Origin: an uncultured bacterium
GTDB lineage: Bacteria > Oederibacteriota > PGYV01 > CAWJRG01
Reading direction: 5' to 3'
Length of the DNA stretch: 64,000 bases
Assembly (NCBI GenBank): GCA_963845185.1
Contig: CAWJRG010000010.1
Location: forward strand, 640,001-704,000
The position numbers and the translations under genes were made by a program. The notes beneath the pieces are model-generated. The model was not told the DNA's origin and ran no database searches. It saw only the letters and a list, made by a program, of their open reading frames with translations. Of the stretch, positions 49,147 to 58,560 are shown in pieces. Within the stretch, counting starts at the first letter, position 1; the number at the start of each line of letters is the position of its first letter.

Positions 49147-51120
49147 TTATTTATATACCGTACTTTTTATTATTATCTCAACTCTCCTATTTTTCTGCCT
49201 GCCTTCATCCGTATCGTTTGTCGCTATGGGTTGTGTTTCCCCATAGCCTTCTGTTTCTATCCTTTTCTCGTCCATTCCAAGCAGGTTCACCATGAAAAAC
49301 TTGACTGCATCTGCCCTTGCTTTGGACAGCTCCATATTTGAATTGTATTTTTTACCCGTAGTCTGGGTATTATCGGTATGGCCCGCGACTATTATGTCGC
49401 TATCCGGATATTTGTCGATTGTTTCTTTCATCCCATTCAGAACATTATAAGCGGATATTTTTACGTCTGCCTGGCCAAGGTCAAACAGTGTATCCGACGA
49501 GAATATGAGTTTTATGTTCTTTAGCAGTACAACCTGCGACTGAACCGGTGTCTGCGCTTTGTTTCCCACCGTGTCATGCGCGATAAAGCTGTAATAATAA
49601 ATATCTCCTGTATTCACGTAATCGCCATTGTTTCCTTTGCCGTCCCATATATAAGAAATTGGCGGTTCGCCTTTCCCTTGGGTTGAAAAGAATATCTTTT
49701 TATCCTTATCCCATATAACAAACTGCCATGCCCCTATATTATTTTTGTCATGCGCATAAAAAGTAAACGTTACCGGGATCAGCAAGTTTTCTTCACCAAA
49801 TTTTAAAAGTTTTGGCTCGGCATCAACCCTCACGTCAGGCGGTGTGTTGTCTATTTCAACAGGAGCTTCGTTCGACTCTGACTTCCCCTTGTCGTATTCT
49901 ACTGTTGCTTTTGCCTTGTATGCGCCGTCCTGTAAAACAACGCCGTTTGCCTTACCGTCCCATTCAACTGATTTATCAAGGCCTCTTTTCGCGTCTATGC
50001 TTGTTAAAAACGTCTGCCCTGTCTCGCCATAAATATCGATTTTGAGCGACTTTATTTTATCGGGTAATTTCGCAGAAGTGGAAAAATATGTTGTGTCCAT
50101 AAACTTATCGTCGTTTGGCGAAAATACCGCAGGCGAAACTGTCAGTTTTAAAGGCGGCGTTCCCCACGCATAAACAAGGGAAACCCTGTTGGTATTTCCA
50201 AGTTCATCATAACTTACATAAGCATAGTTAAACTCAATGTCCGCGTATTTTAAACCTACGCCGAATGTCGGCTGGTTATATGCTCCGAATTCGTATCCCA
50301 GCCTTAAAGCCAGTATATTATTTATCCAGTATTCCGCGCCTACTCCGCATAGCGGATCATAATCAGTCTGCGGTATAACCTGCCCCGATACTGTAAGTTC
50401 ATTGCCGTATAAATTAACCTGATCCGCCAGTCCAATTTGCAAATTTAACGGCGTGCTGAATGCCTCATCATTCATCTTTAAGCTTGCGCCAAGGTTCGAA
50501 ACCGTCAACCCCGCCCTTATAAGATTATTATTTAATTCTTTTTTATACATCACGCCTATATTCCCTGCAAGATTCGAGCCGCTGAAATTATCTATGTTTT
50601 CCGAATTAATCTTTAAAGTTAATCCAGCACTGAAATTATCATTTATGTCCTGCCCATATCCAATTATAACCGAATAATCAAATGGAGAAAAATATCCGTT
50701 TATTAAACTATCCGGGTTTATGCTGTTTAAATATGATGAATCGTAGGAAGGTAATACAGACGACTTACCAATGTTGTTAACCTGCAGCCATGCAAAAGCA
50801 ATGCCGATCTTTCCAAGATCCTCAGCATGTGGAATTGGCCCTACAAAAGACGCAAATTCATAATTGATGTCCTGAAACCAAGCAATATGGCTTGCTTGAA
50901 CCTCATATCCCATCAGCGAACCGATGCCTGCGGGATTATAATATAAACCATATGTCCCGTCTGATATCGCAGTATAGGCCTCTCCCATTCCCTCTGCTCT
51001 CGCAAAAGGCACGATTTTTAGAAAATTTGTGCTCGTTGTGCCTGCAAGCTCTGCCCCGGCGTAAATACTGTTTATAAAAATACCCGTGCTAACAGCTATA
51101 AATATTAATACCTTTTTCAT
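49147..51120 (-). CDS. PorV/PorQ-like beta-barrel fused to FlgD-Ig-like domains and OmpA peptidoglycan-binding domain
   Basis: FL.I...AR..GMGEAY.A......LYYNPAG; FSPN.D, WDGK x2; LFD.G.A, GHTD, LS.ARA.AV, GYGETQP..N....GRQKNRRVE. Confidence 0.85.
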   Translation of the reverse strand: MKKVLIFIAVSTGIFINSIYAGAELAGTTSTNFLKIVPFARAEGMGEAYTAISDGTYGLYYNPAGIGSLMGYEVQASHIAWFQDINYEFASFVGPIPHAEDLGKIGIAFAWLQVNNIGKSSVLPSYDSSYLNSINPDSLINGYFSPFDYSVIIGYGQDINDNFSAGLTLKINSENIDNFSGSNLAGNIGVMYKKELNNNLIRAGLTVSNLGASLKMNDEAFSTPLNLQIGLADQVNLYGNELTVSGQVIPQTDYDPLCGVGAEYWINNILALRLGYEFGAYNQPTFGVGLKYADIEFNYAYVSYDELGNTNRVSLVYAWGTPPLKLTVSPAVFSPNDDKFMDTTYFSTSAKLPDKIKSLKIDIYGETGQTFLTSIDAKRGLDKSVEWDGKANGVVLQDGAYKAKATVEYDKGKSESNEAPVEIDNTPPDVRVDAEPKLLKFGEENLLIPVTFTFYAHDKNNIGAWQFVIWDKDKKIFFSTQGKGEPPISYIWDGKGNNGDYVNTGDIYYYSFIAHDTVGNKAQTPVQSQVVLLKNIKLIFSSDTLFDLGQADVKISAYNVLNGMKETIDKYPDSDIIVAGHTDNTQTTGKKYNSNMELSKARADAVKFFMVNLLGMDEKRIETEGYGETQPIATNDTDEGRQKNRRVEIIIKSTVYK

Positions 51121-51200
51121 TAGGTCCCACCTGTATCTTGACTTACCTTATTTATAATTGCCTGCCATGTTCTTCCTTTCCTCATTCCAAATCCCGCATT

Positions 51201-52865
51201 TTACTTAACCACCGCCATCTTTCCCCATACTTTTTTCTTTCCCTGGCCATCCATTGTTTCTATGCTGTAAATATATGTCCCGCTTGCCACTCCCCTGCCT
51301 GTTTTATTTTTTGCATCCCAATATATGCTGTTCATGCCGGGCTGGCCCTGTTGCGTCAATTCAACAACAACCTCCCCGCTTATTGTATATATTTTTACCT
51401 TTACATCTGCTTCATTGCATAATTGATAAATTATATTTGTGCCGTTTGAAAAAGGGCTGGGCGAATTTTGATATAACTTTAAACAAAGCGTTGCTGTAGG
51501 CGTGGGTGTTATTGTTGTAGTACATGTTATGCTTGTTGTAAATGTTTGTGTTGTTGTAATTGTATTGGTTGGTGTTATGGTTATAGTCGGTGTCAATGTA
51601 TCAGTATTCGTAATTGTATTGGTTGGCGATGCTGTATAAGTCGGTGTCTCAGTACATATTTCTGTCATAGTCAATGTAAATGTATCAGTGCCAGTAATTG
51701 TATTGGTTAACGATGCTGTATAAGTCGGTGTTTCAGTACATGTTTCTGTCATAGTTGATGTAAATGTATCAGTATTCGTAATTGTATTGGTTGGCGATGC
51801 TGTTAGCGTTGGAGTGTATGTATAAGTTGGCGTTGTCAAGTGAGTCGGGCTGGGTGTGTAAGTGGCACTGACGGTCGGCGTGGCAAGCAGAACGCCCTGG
51901 TTTAATCCGTAATAAGCAACCCAGGTAAGGCTCTGTCCCGGTGGCAGTGTATAGCTGCTGTTTACTCCTCCGCCGCTGCCGTTTGTCCACCATAGCTGTA
52001 CTGCGCTGTCATCCCCTATTGCGGAACCCGATTGTGTAAGGCTCCACGGGCTTGACGTGGTAAAAAGCTGGTTGGTCATGGCAGACCAGCTTCCTATCAT
52101 AAAAATATCAGGTTCACTAGCAGGGTCATCGTACGGGTTGTTGTACAGATGTCCCCTGCCCACCAGGTTTGGAGTGCCGGTTTTCGGGTCAACGTCATAA
52201 TCCCACCAGTCCGCAGGCATGGGCGATGATTTATAAAAAATTTCGCTGTTTGTTATTGTCGTAAACCCGTCATTGGTCGAAAGAATCGCGCCATCATTTC
52301 CGTTTACTTCGGTGTCAAACATAAGCATAAGGGAAACAGTGTGGCTGTTTGATGCGTCAATATTTGTGGCTGTAAATTCAAATTCTGCGGTATCCGCGTT
52401 AATGCCGGTCGAGGGGTTATTTACAAATTTATAATCCATTTTCAGGTCAATGTAGCTGTCTATTGTTTTAGTCCCATATATCTCAGAACCGGTATTTGAA
52501 ATATTACCTACCATGGGCCAGTTGTCCTGCGCGTCATATGCCTCTCCGTCTATGTTTATTATTACGAAGCTTGTAAACCAGTCATTCTCTGTAGCTGAGA
52601 AAAGGCATTCTCCGCCATAGGCATAGGTCAACCCGGCATTGGCTGGGGTATAGGATGACGATGTGCCGACGGAAAAAAGCATCGAAGAATCAGGCGAGAA
52701 ATCATAGTTTGCGAAATCGTAATCCACATTCATGCCTAGGTAATTGTTCTGTATGCATGTACCACCGGCAAAAGCAAATGAATTACATGCTGTTAACGCT
52801 ATAATCAAAAAAAATTCCGTTTTTTTTGCTAAAAAACTTTTTTTATTTTGGTTTTGTTTTTTCAA
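51201..52865 (-). CDS. Secreted protein: unknown beta-rich domain, Thr-rich 28-aa repeats, T9SS-like/FlgD C-terminal domain
   Basis: Signal peptide; DTEVNGNDGA; 84-bp repeats at ~51600-51805; QNSPSPF...IYTISGEVV...WD......VASGTYIY...KMAVVK. Confidence 0.8.
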   Translation of the reverse strand: MKKQNQNKKSFLAKKTEFFLIIALTACNSFAFAGGTCIQNNYLGMNVDYDFANYDFSPDSSMLFSVGTSSSYTPANAGLTYAYGGECLFSATENDWFTSFVIINIDGEAYDAQDNWPMVGNISNTGSEIYGTKTIDSYIDLKMDYKFVNNPSTGINADTAEFEFTATNIDASNSHTVSLMLMFDTEVNGNDGAILSTNDGFTTITNSEIFYKSSPMPADWWDYDVDPKTGTPNLVGRGHLYNNPYDDPASEPDIFMIGSWSAMTNQLFTTSSPWSLTQSGSAIGDDSAVQLWWTNGSGGGVNSSYTLPPGQSLTWVAYYGLNQGVLLATPTVSATYTPSPTHLTTPTYTYTPTLTASPTNTITNTDTFTSTMTETCTETPTYTASLTNTITGTDTFTLTMTEICTETPTYTASPTNTITNTDTLTPTITITPTNTITTTQTFTTSITCTTTITPTPTATLCLKLYQNSPSPFSNGTNIIYQLCNEADVKVKIYTISGEVVVELTQQGQPGMNSIYWDAKNKTGRGVASGTYIYSIETMDGQGKKKVWGKMAVVK

Positions 52866-52902
52866 CTATAATATACCTGCTTCTACAACAAATATTTTAT
52901 TT

Positions 52903-53373
52903 TTAATTTAGGGGGCCAGGAAAGCCTTTTCCCATCATTTTATTACTTTCAGATTTTATTTTTTCTTTCAATATCTGCTGTTGTTTTTTTGTCAATACGG
53001 ACTTGATTTTAATTATACTTTGGAACTGGTTTTTCATAATTACCTTGTGGTTCTCGGAAATTTTATTTATAAGCTCGTCTACTTTTTTCTCGTCGGGATT
53101 GTCTTTGTCTATTTCTTTACGCATATCCTCCATATTTGCTCTTAGTTCGCTCATAACTTTTTCTTCTACTTTCTTTGATTCCTTCTCAATCACAATAAGT
53201 TTTTCTATCTGGCCGGACGTCAGGTCAAGGTCATCGGCAAAATTCAATATGCTCATATGACCGGGCGACATAAAAGGTCCAGGCCCCGGTCCTGGCCGCG
53301 AACCTGCGTACGAGTACGTCGAAAGGACAAACAACATACAAAATGTCCAAAACACAGCAAGATTGTTTTTCAT
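52903..53373 (-). CDS. Spy/CpxP-family periplasmic protein
   Basis: Signal peptide, LDLTSGQ and VLTKKQ (LTxxQ) motifs. Confidence 0.85.
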   Translation of the reverse strand: MKNNLAVFWTFCMLFVLSTYSYAGSRPGPGPGPFMSPGHMSILNFADDLDLTSGQIEKLIVIEKESKKVEEKVMSELRANMEDMRKEIDKDNPDEKKVDELINKISENHKVIMKNQFQSIIKIKSVLTKKQQQILKEKIKSESNKMMGKGFPGPLN

Positions 53374-53395
53374 TTTTTCACCTCGTCTGTTTTAT

Positions 53396-53803
53396 TTAAT
53401 ATGATTTATCCAGATATTTTTCCTGGTAATAATCAAAATCATACATTGTTTTATACGTGGTATAAACAAACTCATATACATCCTTGTTCTTGCTTTCTTT
53501 TTTAAGCTTGTAATGGACCATAAAAAGTGCCGAAAAAAGTATAAATATGGTGCATAATACGACAGTTGCCGGTTTTAAAAACAGCCTCCATATATTCGCC
53601 ACGGATTTCCTTGGCCATATGCGCGGCTCAAGACCCTGGGATTTTTCCATTGTTAATTTAAAAAGCCCGCTTATTTTTGAAACCTTTTTTAGTTTGCGTC
53701 TGCATGCGGCACAGGTTTTAAGGTGATCCTTTATTGCCTTTTTATGGTCTCTGTCAATATCGTCCTTAAAATAAAAATACAATTTATCCTCGTTGTAATG
53801 CAT
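53396..53803 (-). CDS. Zinc-binding anti-sigma factor
   Basis: HLKTCAAC (HxxxCxxC) plus one TM helix. Confidence 0.85.
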   Translation of the reverse strand: MHYNEDKLYFYFKDDIDRDHKKAIKDHLKTCAACRRKLKKVSKISGLFKLTMEKSQGLEPRIWPRKSVANIWRLFLKPATVVLCTIFILFSALFMVHYKLKKESKNKDVYEFVYTTYKTMYDFDYYQEKYLDKSY

Positions 53804-53805
53804 TT

Positions 53806-54276
53806 TTATGCCTCCTCCGCCACGAATTTCGCCATCTTTTTAATACTTCTACTTATGCGTGACCTAACCGTTCCTTCGCCTATTTTTAGAATTAAAGCTA
53901 TTTCTTTCTGCGAACAACCGGCTATTTCATACAACAAAACTGCAGCCCTCTGCCCTGAGGTCAGTTTTGAAAGCAAAGAATCAAGCAGCAACCGGTCGGT
54001 ACTTATAGTTATCTCACCTGATTGAAAGCTCTTCACGGCGCGGTCTCTTTGTGAATGTTGCCTTCTTATTAAATCTATGCATTTATTTATGGTAACTCTG
54101 TAAATAAAAGTCTTAATGCTTGAAGTACCCAGAAAAGATTCTAATTTTTCCTGCAGTTTTACAAAAACTTCCTGGGCTACATCTTCCGCATCGTTCCTGT
54201 TTTTCAGCATCTTTTGAGCTACATTATATACAAACAAAAAATATTCACTGTAGATGCCTTGGATATCCACAGTCAT
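53806..54276 (-). CDS. ECF RNA polymerase sigma factor
   Basis: DAEDVAQEVF, F.G.SS.KT.IYR..IN.C.D, EIA..L.I..GTVRSRISR. Confidence 0.92.
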   Translation of the reverse strand: MTVDIQGIYSEYFLFVYNVAQKMLKNRNDAEDVAQEVFVKLQEKLESFLGTSSIKTFIYRVTINKCIDLIRRQHSQRDRAVKSFQSGEITISTDRLLLDSLLSKLTSGQRAAVLLYEIAGCSQKEIALILKIGEGTVRSRISRSIKKMAKFVAEEA

Positions 54277-54304
54277 TAAACACCTCGCTCTTTCTTTGAT
54301 AATT

Positions 54305-54375
54305 TAGACGTTTATCGTGCCGTATATGCTGCATGGCCTTTTGTGAGGGAGCATATAATCACCGGCTTGCGTCTA
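54305..54375. promoter_or_regulatory. Back-to-back ECF-type promoters
   Basis: Minus GCAGCATATA...CGTCTA (54332..54305) and plus GGAGCATATA...CGTCTA (54348..54375), both with 17-bp spacers. Confidence 0.7.
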
Positions 54376-54420
54376 TATATACAGTGGCATGAATACTAAA
54401 ACTGAAAGGAGGTGATAAAC

Positions 54421-54732
54421 ATGAGCACGTCATCAGTATCCTCTATATCTTCAGCTTTATCAAATTATTTGCTTTATTTGCAGAAAGCTGCTGCAAACGA
54501 TTTGTTAACCTCAAGTTCGTCCAAGAAAACAAAAAAGCATGATTTTTTAAAGGAGCTGTTGAAAACGCTACAGAATCTCGTAGGAGACAAGGTTACGGTC
54601 AAATCAAAAAATTCTTCTGGCAGCGTCACAGGGACAGTGGAAGCGGTAAAGGAGGTAGACGGTAAATTAAAGGTAGTAATAAACGGCGTCGCATACGATT
54701 TATCGGATGTGACGCAGGTATATAACACCTAA
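54421..54732 (+). CDS. Small FlgD-like protein lacking the central conserved segment
   Basis: GGAGGTG RBS; DFLKELL..LQN joined directly to LVG.KV...VTGTVEAVK..DG.....NG..YDLSDV. Confidence 0.65.
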   Translation: MSTSSVSSISSALSNYLLYLQKAAANDLLTSSSSKKTKKHDFLKELLKTLQNLVGDKVTVKSKNSSGSVTGTVEAVKEVDGKLKVVINGVAYDLSDVTQVYNT

Positions 54733-54788
54733 AATTTTCAATAAGAGTAGTCCGGACCTTGGAAAAAGGAGGACATCTTATCTCCTGT

Positions 54789-54833
54789 AAAAGCCAACGG
54801 GCGCAATTTTTATCTTGCCTGTTGGCTTTTTTT
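54789..54833 (+). terminator. Intrinsic terminator
   Basis: AAAAGCCAACGGGC/GCCTGTTGGCTTTTTTT. Confidence 0.75.
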
Positions 54834-54970
54834 ATTATGCCTAATTATAATTCACCTCTGTAATCCTTTTGATTTGTCAAGGTGAATTGGATTATGGAGT
54901 GCATAAAACAATGTGTAATTTTTCATATTAAGCCGAATATATAATTTCTTCACCAACCGAAGTTGGAATT

Positions 54971-55005
54971 TTTTACAAAAAAAACGGCGGCCTTTTCAGC
55001 CGCCG
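54971..55005 (-). terminator. Intrinsic terminator, duplicated at 55971..56005
   Basis: CGGCGGC-tgaaaag-GCCGCCG + U8 on minus strand. Confidence 0.8.
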
Positions 55006-55193
55006 CCACATAAGGGAGGAAACACGTGGTTAATCCCTGTATGTTACAATACCTCCCCTTTAGCAAGTGGAGGTAAATAGTCCAGTGGACTAACTAAATA
55101 GTCCGGTGGACTAGCTATCGGAGGTTTTACAGTCGCAAGGCAAACCTCCCCTGACCCCTCCTTGTTAAGAAGGGAAAAAAACAAACAGTGTTT

Positions 55194-55397
55194 TTAATCC
55201 AGATTATCCTCGTGTATTGCCCATTTGCCTTTTTCCAGGGCCTGGATATCAAGCCTTGTTTTATTGCAAACAGAACAAATCAGTACAGCCCGCTCTGCCG
55301 GCGGGTTAAAAGGCTTTGTACTGCCGCCGTAAATGGAACAGTTGAGCGAATAGATGTTGTGCTTTCCTTTGACAATCATGTGTTTTAAATCAGCCAT
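55194..55397 (-). CDS. Small putative zinc-binding protein (67 aa)
   Basis: GAGGTGA RBS; H/C and CSVC residues; follows DUF2934-like gene. Confidence 0.65.
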   Translation of the reverse strand: MADLKHMIVKGKHNIYSLNCSIYGGSTKPFNPPAERAVLICSVCNKTRLDIQALEKGKWAIHEDNLD

Positions 55398-55408
55398 GAT
55401 AAATCACC

Positions 55409-55594
55409 TCACAATCCGTATTTTTTTTTAATCACTTTTTCTGCCAGCAGCCAGTCCGAAAGCGCGTCGCCTGGCTGCTTTTTGGCCATCCTGTTCTTAT
55501 AGATTTCCTCGGCGTGCATGCAGATTTCGTACTGCAAATCTTCAAGGCTTGGTTTCTTCTGTGCTTTTTTCGTTTCTTTTGTTTCTTTTGCCAT
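55409..55594 (-). CDS. DUF2934-like small protein
   Basis: AAGGAGGTG RBS; I...AEEIY..R....G.ALSDWL.AE. Confidence 0.75.
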   Translation of the reverse strand: MAKETKETKKAQKKPSLEDLQYEICMHAEEIYKNRMAKKQPGDALSDWLLAEKVIKKKYGL

Positions 55595-55613
55595 GTTTCA
55601 CCTCCTTAGATTT

Positions 55614-55837
55614 CGTTTACTTTGTCAAGCCGTCATTATGGCAGTCGAATAGTCCTGTGGACTATTTGACGGGTAGTTCCCATAAATTATCATCATAAAA
55701 GCTACCCAGCAAAGTATTACAAGCTCCATGCTTCGCATGGACATGTCAGAGTAATGATTTTGCTTCGCTGTTGACGCTTGCAAAATCAAACTCTGTCAAG
55801 CCGCTCAAGTCCCGAGCTTGCGAGGGACAAGCGGTGC
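55614..55837. repeat. Modular hairpin repeat array (nested A, inverted A, B)
   Basis: Matches 41745..41850; CCGCTCAAGTCCC..GGGACAAGCGGTGC. Confidence 0.85.
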
Positions 55838-55925
55838 CAGTTTTTGAAACAAACCCGCAGGGTGTTAGTCATCATGCTTTTTCAAACAAAATATACAATC
55901 TTATGCTTTACTATGCATAAATAAT

Positions 55926-55943
55926 TGGTTAATTTTGGGTTAA
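55926..55943 (-). promoter_or_regulatory. Pho-box-like repeats upstream of DUF2934 pair
   Basis: TTAACCC-N4-TTAACCA. Confidence 0.55.
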
Positions 55944-55970
55944 ATCGTGACTGGAGATTTGAGGAGGTTT

Positions 55971-56006
55971 TTTACAAAAAAAAACGGCGGCCTTTTCAGC
56001 CGCCGT
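55971..56006 (-). terminator. Intrinsic terminator after pstS
   Basis: Same hairpin as 54971..55005, U9 tail. Confidence 0.8.
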
Positions 56007-56172
56007 CATACTGGAGTTTCACCAAAAAATTATCATTTGGCGACGTAAGCCGCAACAGTCGTCTGGCATATAATTAACCAGACGGCTGTGCAGGCTTATA
56101 AGGGAGAAAACACTCTGCCCTTATATATAAAGAACGTATATTTAAGAAACGCTTCTTTTAATGAAGTGTTTC

Positions 56173-57021
56173 TTACTTGCCTCCGTTTAAAGGCACATAG
56201 CCTGTTTCTTTTACTATTTTCTGGCCGTCATCGCTCAGGATAAAATCAATAAAATCCTTTGCGAGTCCTGACGGGTCGCCGTTTGTGTACATGTAAAGCG
56301 GCCTTGAAAGCTCGTATTTCCCGGATAATACTGTCTCTTCGGAAGGCGCTGTGCCGTCAACAACAAATGCCTTCATTTTCTTTGTCATAAAACCAAGCCC
56401 TATGTAGCCTACTGCGCCCGGTGTGCTTTCCACTGCCGAGGCAACTTCCTGGTTTGACGCTGTCATTAACGCATCTTCCCTGAGCTTGCTGCCCTTAAGC
56501 ACTTTTTCGTTGAAAACCTCGAAAGTACCTGAAGAGGAATCCCTTGAGATTACCACTATCTTCAAATCCGGGCCTCCAAGGTCTTTCCAGTTTTTTATCG
56601 CACCTGTGTATATGTCCTTAATTTGCTCCAGGGTAATGTCAGTCAGGTTGTTTGCCTCTGCGTTTACGACCACTGATATGCCGTCCTTGCATATCACCGT
56701 GCCGACCGGGTTCACGCCTTTTGTTTTTGCTTTTGCTATCTCGCTTGACTGCATTGGCCTCGAGGCGTCTGCTATGTCTATTGTGCTGTCGATTATCGCC
56801 GCTATACCTACCCCAGAGCCGCCGCCTCTAACGCTGATGTCAGCGCCGGAATTTTTCTGCATGTACATTTCGGCTGCTTTCTGCGCCAGGGGCAGGACCG
56901 TTGTCGAGCCGGATAAAGTAAGCTTGTTCGCGCTCTTTTGCATCCATGGCCAGTTCCACGCGAAAAGCGCTGAAACAAAAACCATGCTTAATACTGTTGC
57001 TATTGCGAATACTTTTTTCAT
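56173..57021 (-). CDS. pstS: Phosphate-binding protein
   Basis: GSTTVLP, GGGSGVG, DIADASR, SRDSSSGT, Y.LSRPLY. Confidence 0.93.
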   Translation of the reverse strand: MKKVFAIATVLSMVFVSALFAWNWPWMQKSANKLTLSGSTTVLPLAQKAAEMYMQKNSGADISVRGGGSGVGIAAIIDSTIDIADASRPMQSSEIAKAKTKGVNPVGTVICKDGISVVVNAEANNLTDITLEQIKDIYTGAIKNWKDLGGPDLKIVVISRDSSSGTFEVFNEKVLKGSKLREDALMTASNQEVASAVESTPGAVGYIGLGFMTKKMKAFVVDGTAPSEETVLSGKYELSRPLYMYTNGDPSGLAKDFIDFILSDDGQKIVKETGYVPLNGGK

Positions 57022-57099
57022 TTTGCTTCCTCCTTAGAATAATTTTCATTTTTCAGTTTTCAATTATCAATTGATAATTTTTCATTGACAATTTTTATG

Positions 57100-58290
57100 T
57101 TACCAAGCCCAGACCATCTGGGCAAGCAACTGGTTTTGGTTGATTGGATTTCCATTTGCGTCTTTGCTGCTCGCGTCGTTTGCTTTACCGCCGTATTCAT
57201 TTTCCTTTAATTCATAGTTTAACTGCAAAGTAGCGTTGCTTGCAACCTTGTAATTAAGTCCTGCTATATACACGTCGTATTCCTGGCCCGGCATAAATGT
57301 ATCCGGGTTTACATAGTCAAACATGAATTGCAGGGAAAGCGGGTCAAGCAGCTGTATTCCAAGATAACCTGATATTCCTTCAAGTATCCCTGATTTGCCT
57401 GCGCTTTTTGGGCCGCATTGCTGAATAAGCTCGAAAAACGACTGTATCGGTCCGCTTGCGTAACTGAGTACAAGCGCCTGTTTGATTGTCTGCTGGTACA
57501 AAGCGCTTGGGGCGCCTTTTATCCATCTGTCCTCGCCTAAATGGCTTGCGTAAATGGAACCCCTGAGAGAAAAGCCAGCGTACGGAACTATGTTTACGCT
57601 TGCAAGTATCGGCTTGTCAAGGTCTGATTCCATTTTCTTGTAGCCGTTTCCGTCATAAACCGCTATTTGGTAATCCCCGAAACCCATGGGTATATTCCCA
57701 AGAAGCGCGACTCCCATGTCTGCGCTGCTTATTACACCGGTGTAATCCTCAATTACCTTTTCGATAACAGGATATTGCCACGTGTCTATTGTGCCGAAAT
57801 AGCTGTCCTGCTGCCCAACCCTTACCTTCATATCCGCGTCCTTAAGGAAAGGCAGGGCTTTTAAATCAACAAAAGCTTTTTTTATCCAGATTGCCCAGTC
57901 AACGCTCCCTGAACCTGTTGCTGAATTTACCACATTTAACGTCTTTGTATTTGCGGTATAGGTATTTGCATTTGGAGCCGATACCGGTGTAACACCGGTC
58001 GCCACGCTGAACCCCTGGTCGTTTGCCACATTGTTAATATCAAGTGTCAACTCGCCTTCGTAATCGTTTGTCTTTACTTTTGTCCTGATGTATGTCCTCG
58101 GTACCTGTATCAGGCTTGAAACGTCATTAAAATTATTATACTGATCGCTGTACCTGATCCACTGGTAACCGTAAATATCGAGCCCTGGCTTGTCGCCGTC
58201 CTGCTGGACAACCGTCACGCCAAACGACAGGCTTGTAGTTACCCAGATCATTACCGCGGTAAAAATTATCCTTAAAGCGATATTTTTCAT
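57100..58290 (-). CDS. Outer-membrane porin-like protein (probably phosphate-related)
   Basis: Signal peptide, amphipathic beta strands, K.A.VD..VRVGQ, SSADMG, C-terminal W; upstream of pstS with Pho-box-like site. Confidence 0.7.
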   Translation of the reverse strand: MKNIALRIIFTAVMIWVTTSLSFGVTVVQQDGDKPGLDIYGYQWIRYSDQYNNFNDVSSLIQVPRTYIRTKVKTNDYEGELTLDINNVANDQGFSVATGVTPVSAPNANTYTANTKTLNVVNSATGSGSVDWAIWIKKAFVDLKALPFLKDADMKVRVGQQDSYFGTIDTWQYPVIEKVIEDYTGVISSADMGVALLGNIPMGFGDYQIAVYDGNGYKKMESDLDKPILASVNIVPYAGFSLRGSIYASHLGEDRWIKGAPSALYQQTIKQALVLSYASGPIQSFFELIQQCGPKSAGKSGILEGISGYLGIQLLDPLSLQFMFDYVNPDTFMPGQEYDVYIAGLNYKVASNATLQLNYELKENEYGGKANDASSKDANGNPINQNQLLAQMVWAW

Positions 58291-58470
58291 TTTTTCCTCC
58301 CGTGCAATATTTTGTTTTTTCAATTTTTTCATCGCATATTTTTGCGATGCCTTGCTTTCTTTCCTGTCCGGGGCTTTAATCCGGCTATGCTTTTGTAAAA
58401 CTTCACCTCCTTATTGGCATAAAATCTTAAAATCTCTTTTGCCTTATGCGTCTGTCTTAAATTTCATGTA

Positions 58471-58525
58471 TATGATATAAAATGACGGTTAAGAACAGAT
58501 AATCAAAAAATTAATTTTTGGTTAA
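58471..58525 (-). promoter_or_regulatory. Pho-box-like promoter of porin-pstS
   Basis: TTAA units ending 58525, 58514, 58492; -10 TATCAT. Confidence 0.65.
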
Positions 58526-58560
58526 CACCTTTTGCCCCCGGCGTGCGGCCCGGACTTTTG

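Noticed and set aside
54421..54732. Assigning flgD or a flagellar locus
   Set aside because: Central conserved FlgD segment is missing and no other flagellar genes are in the window
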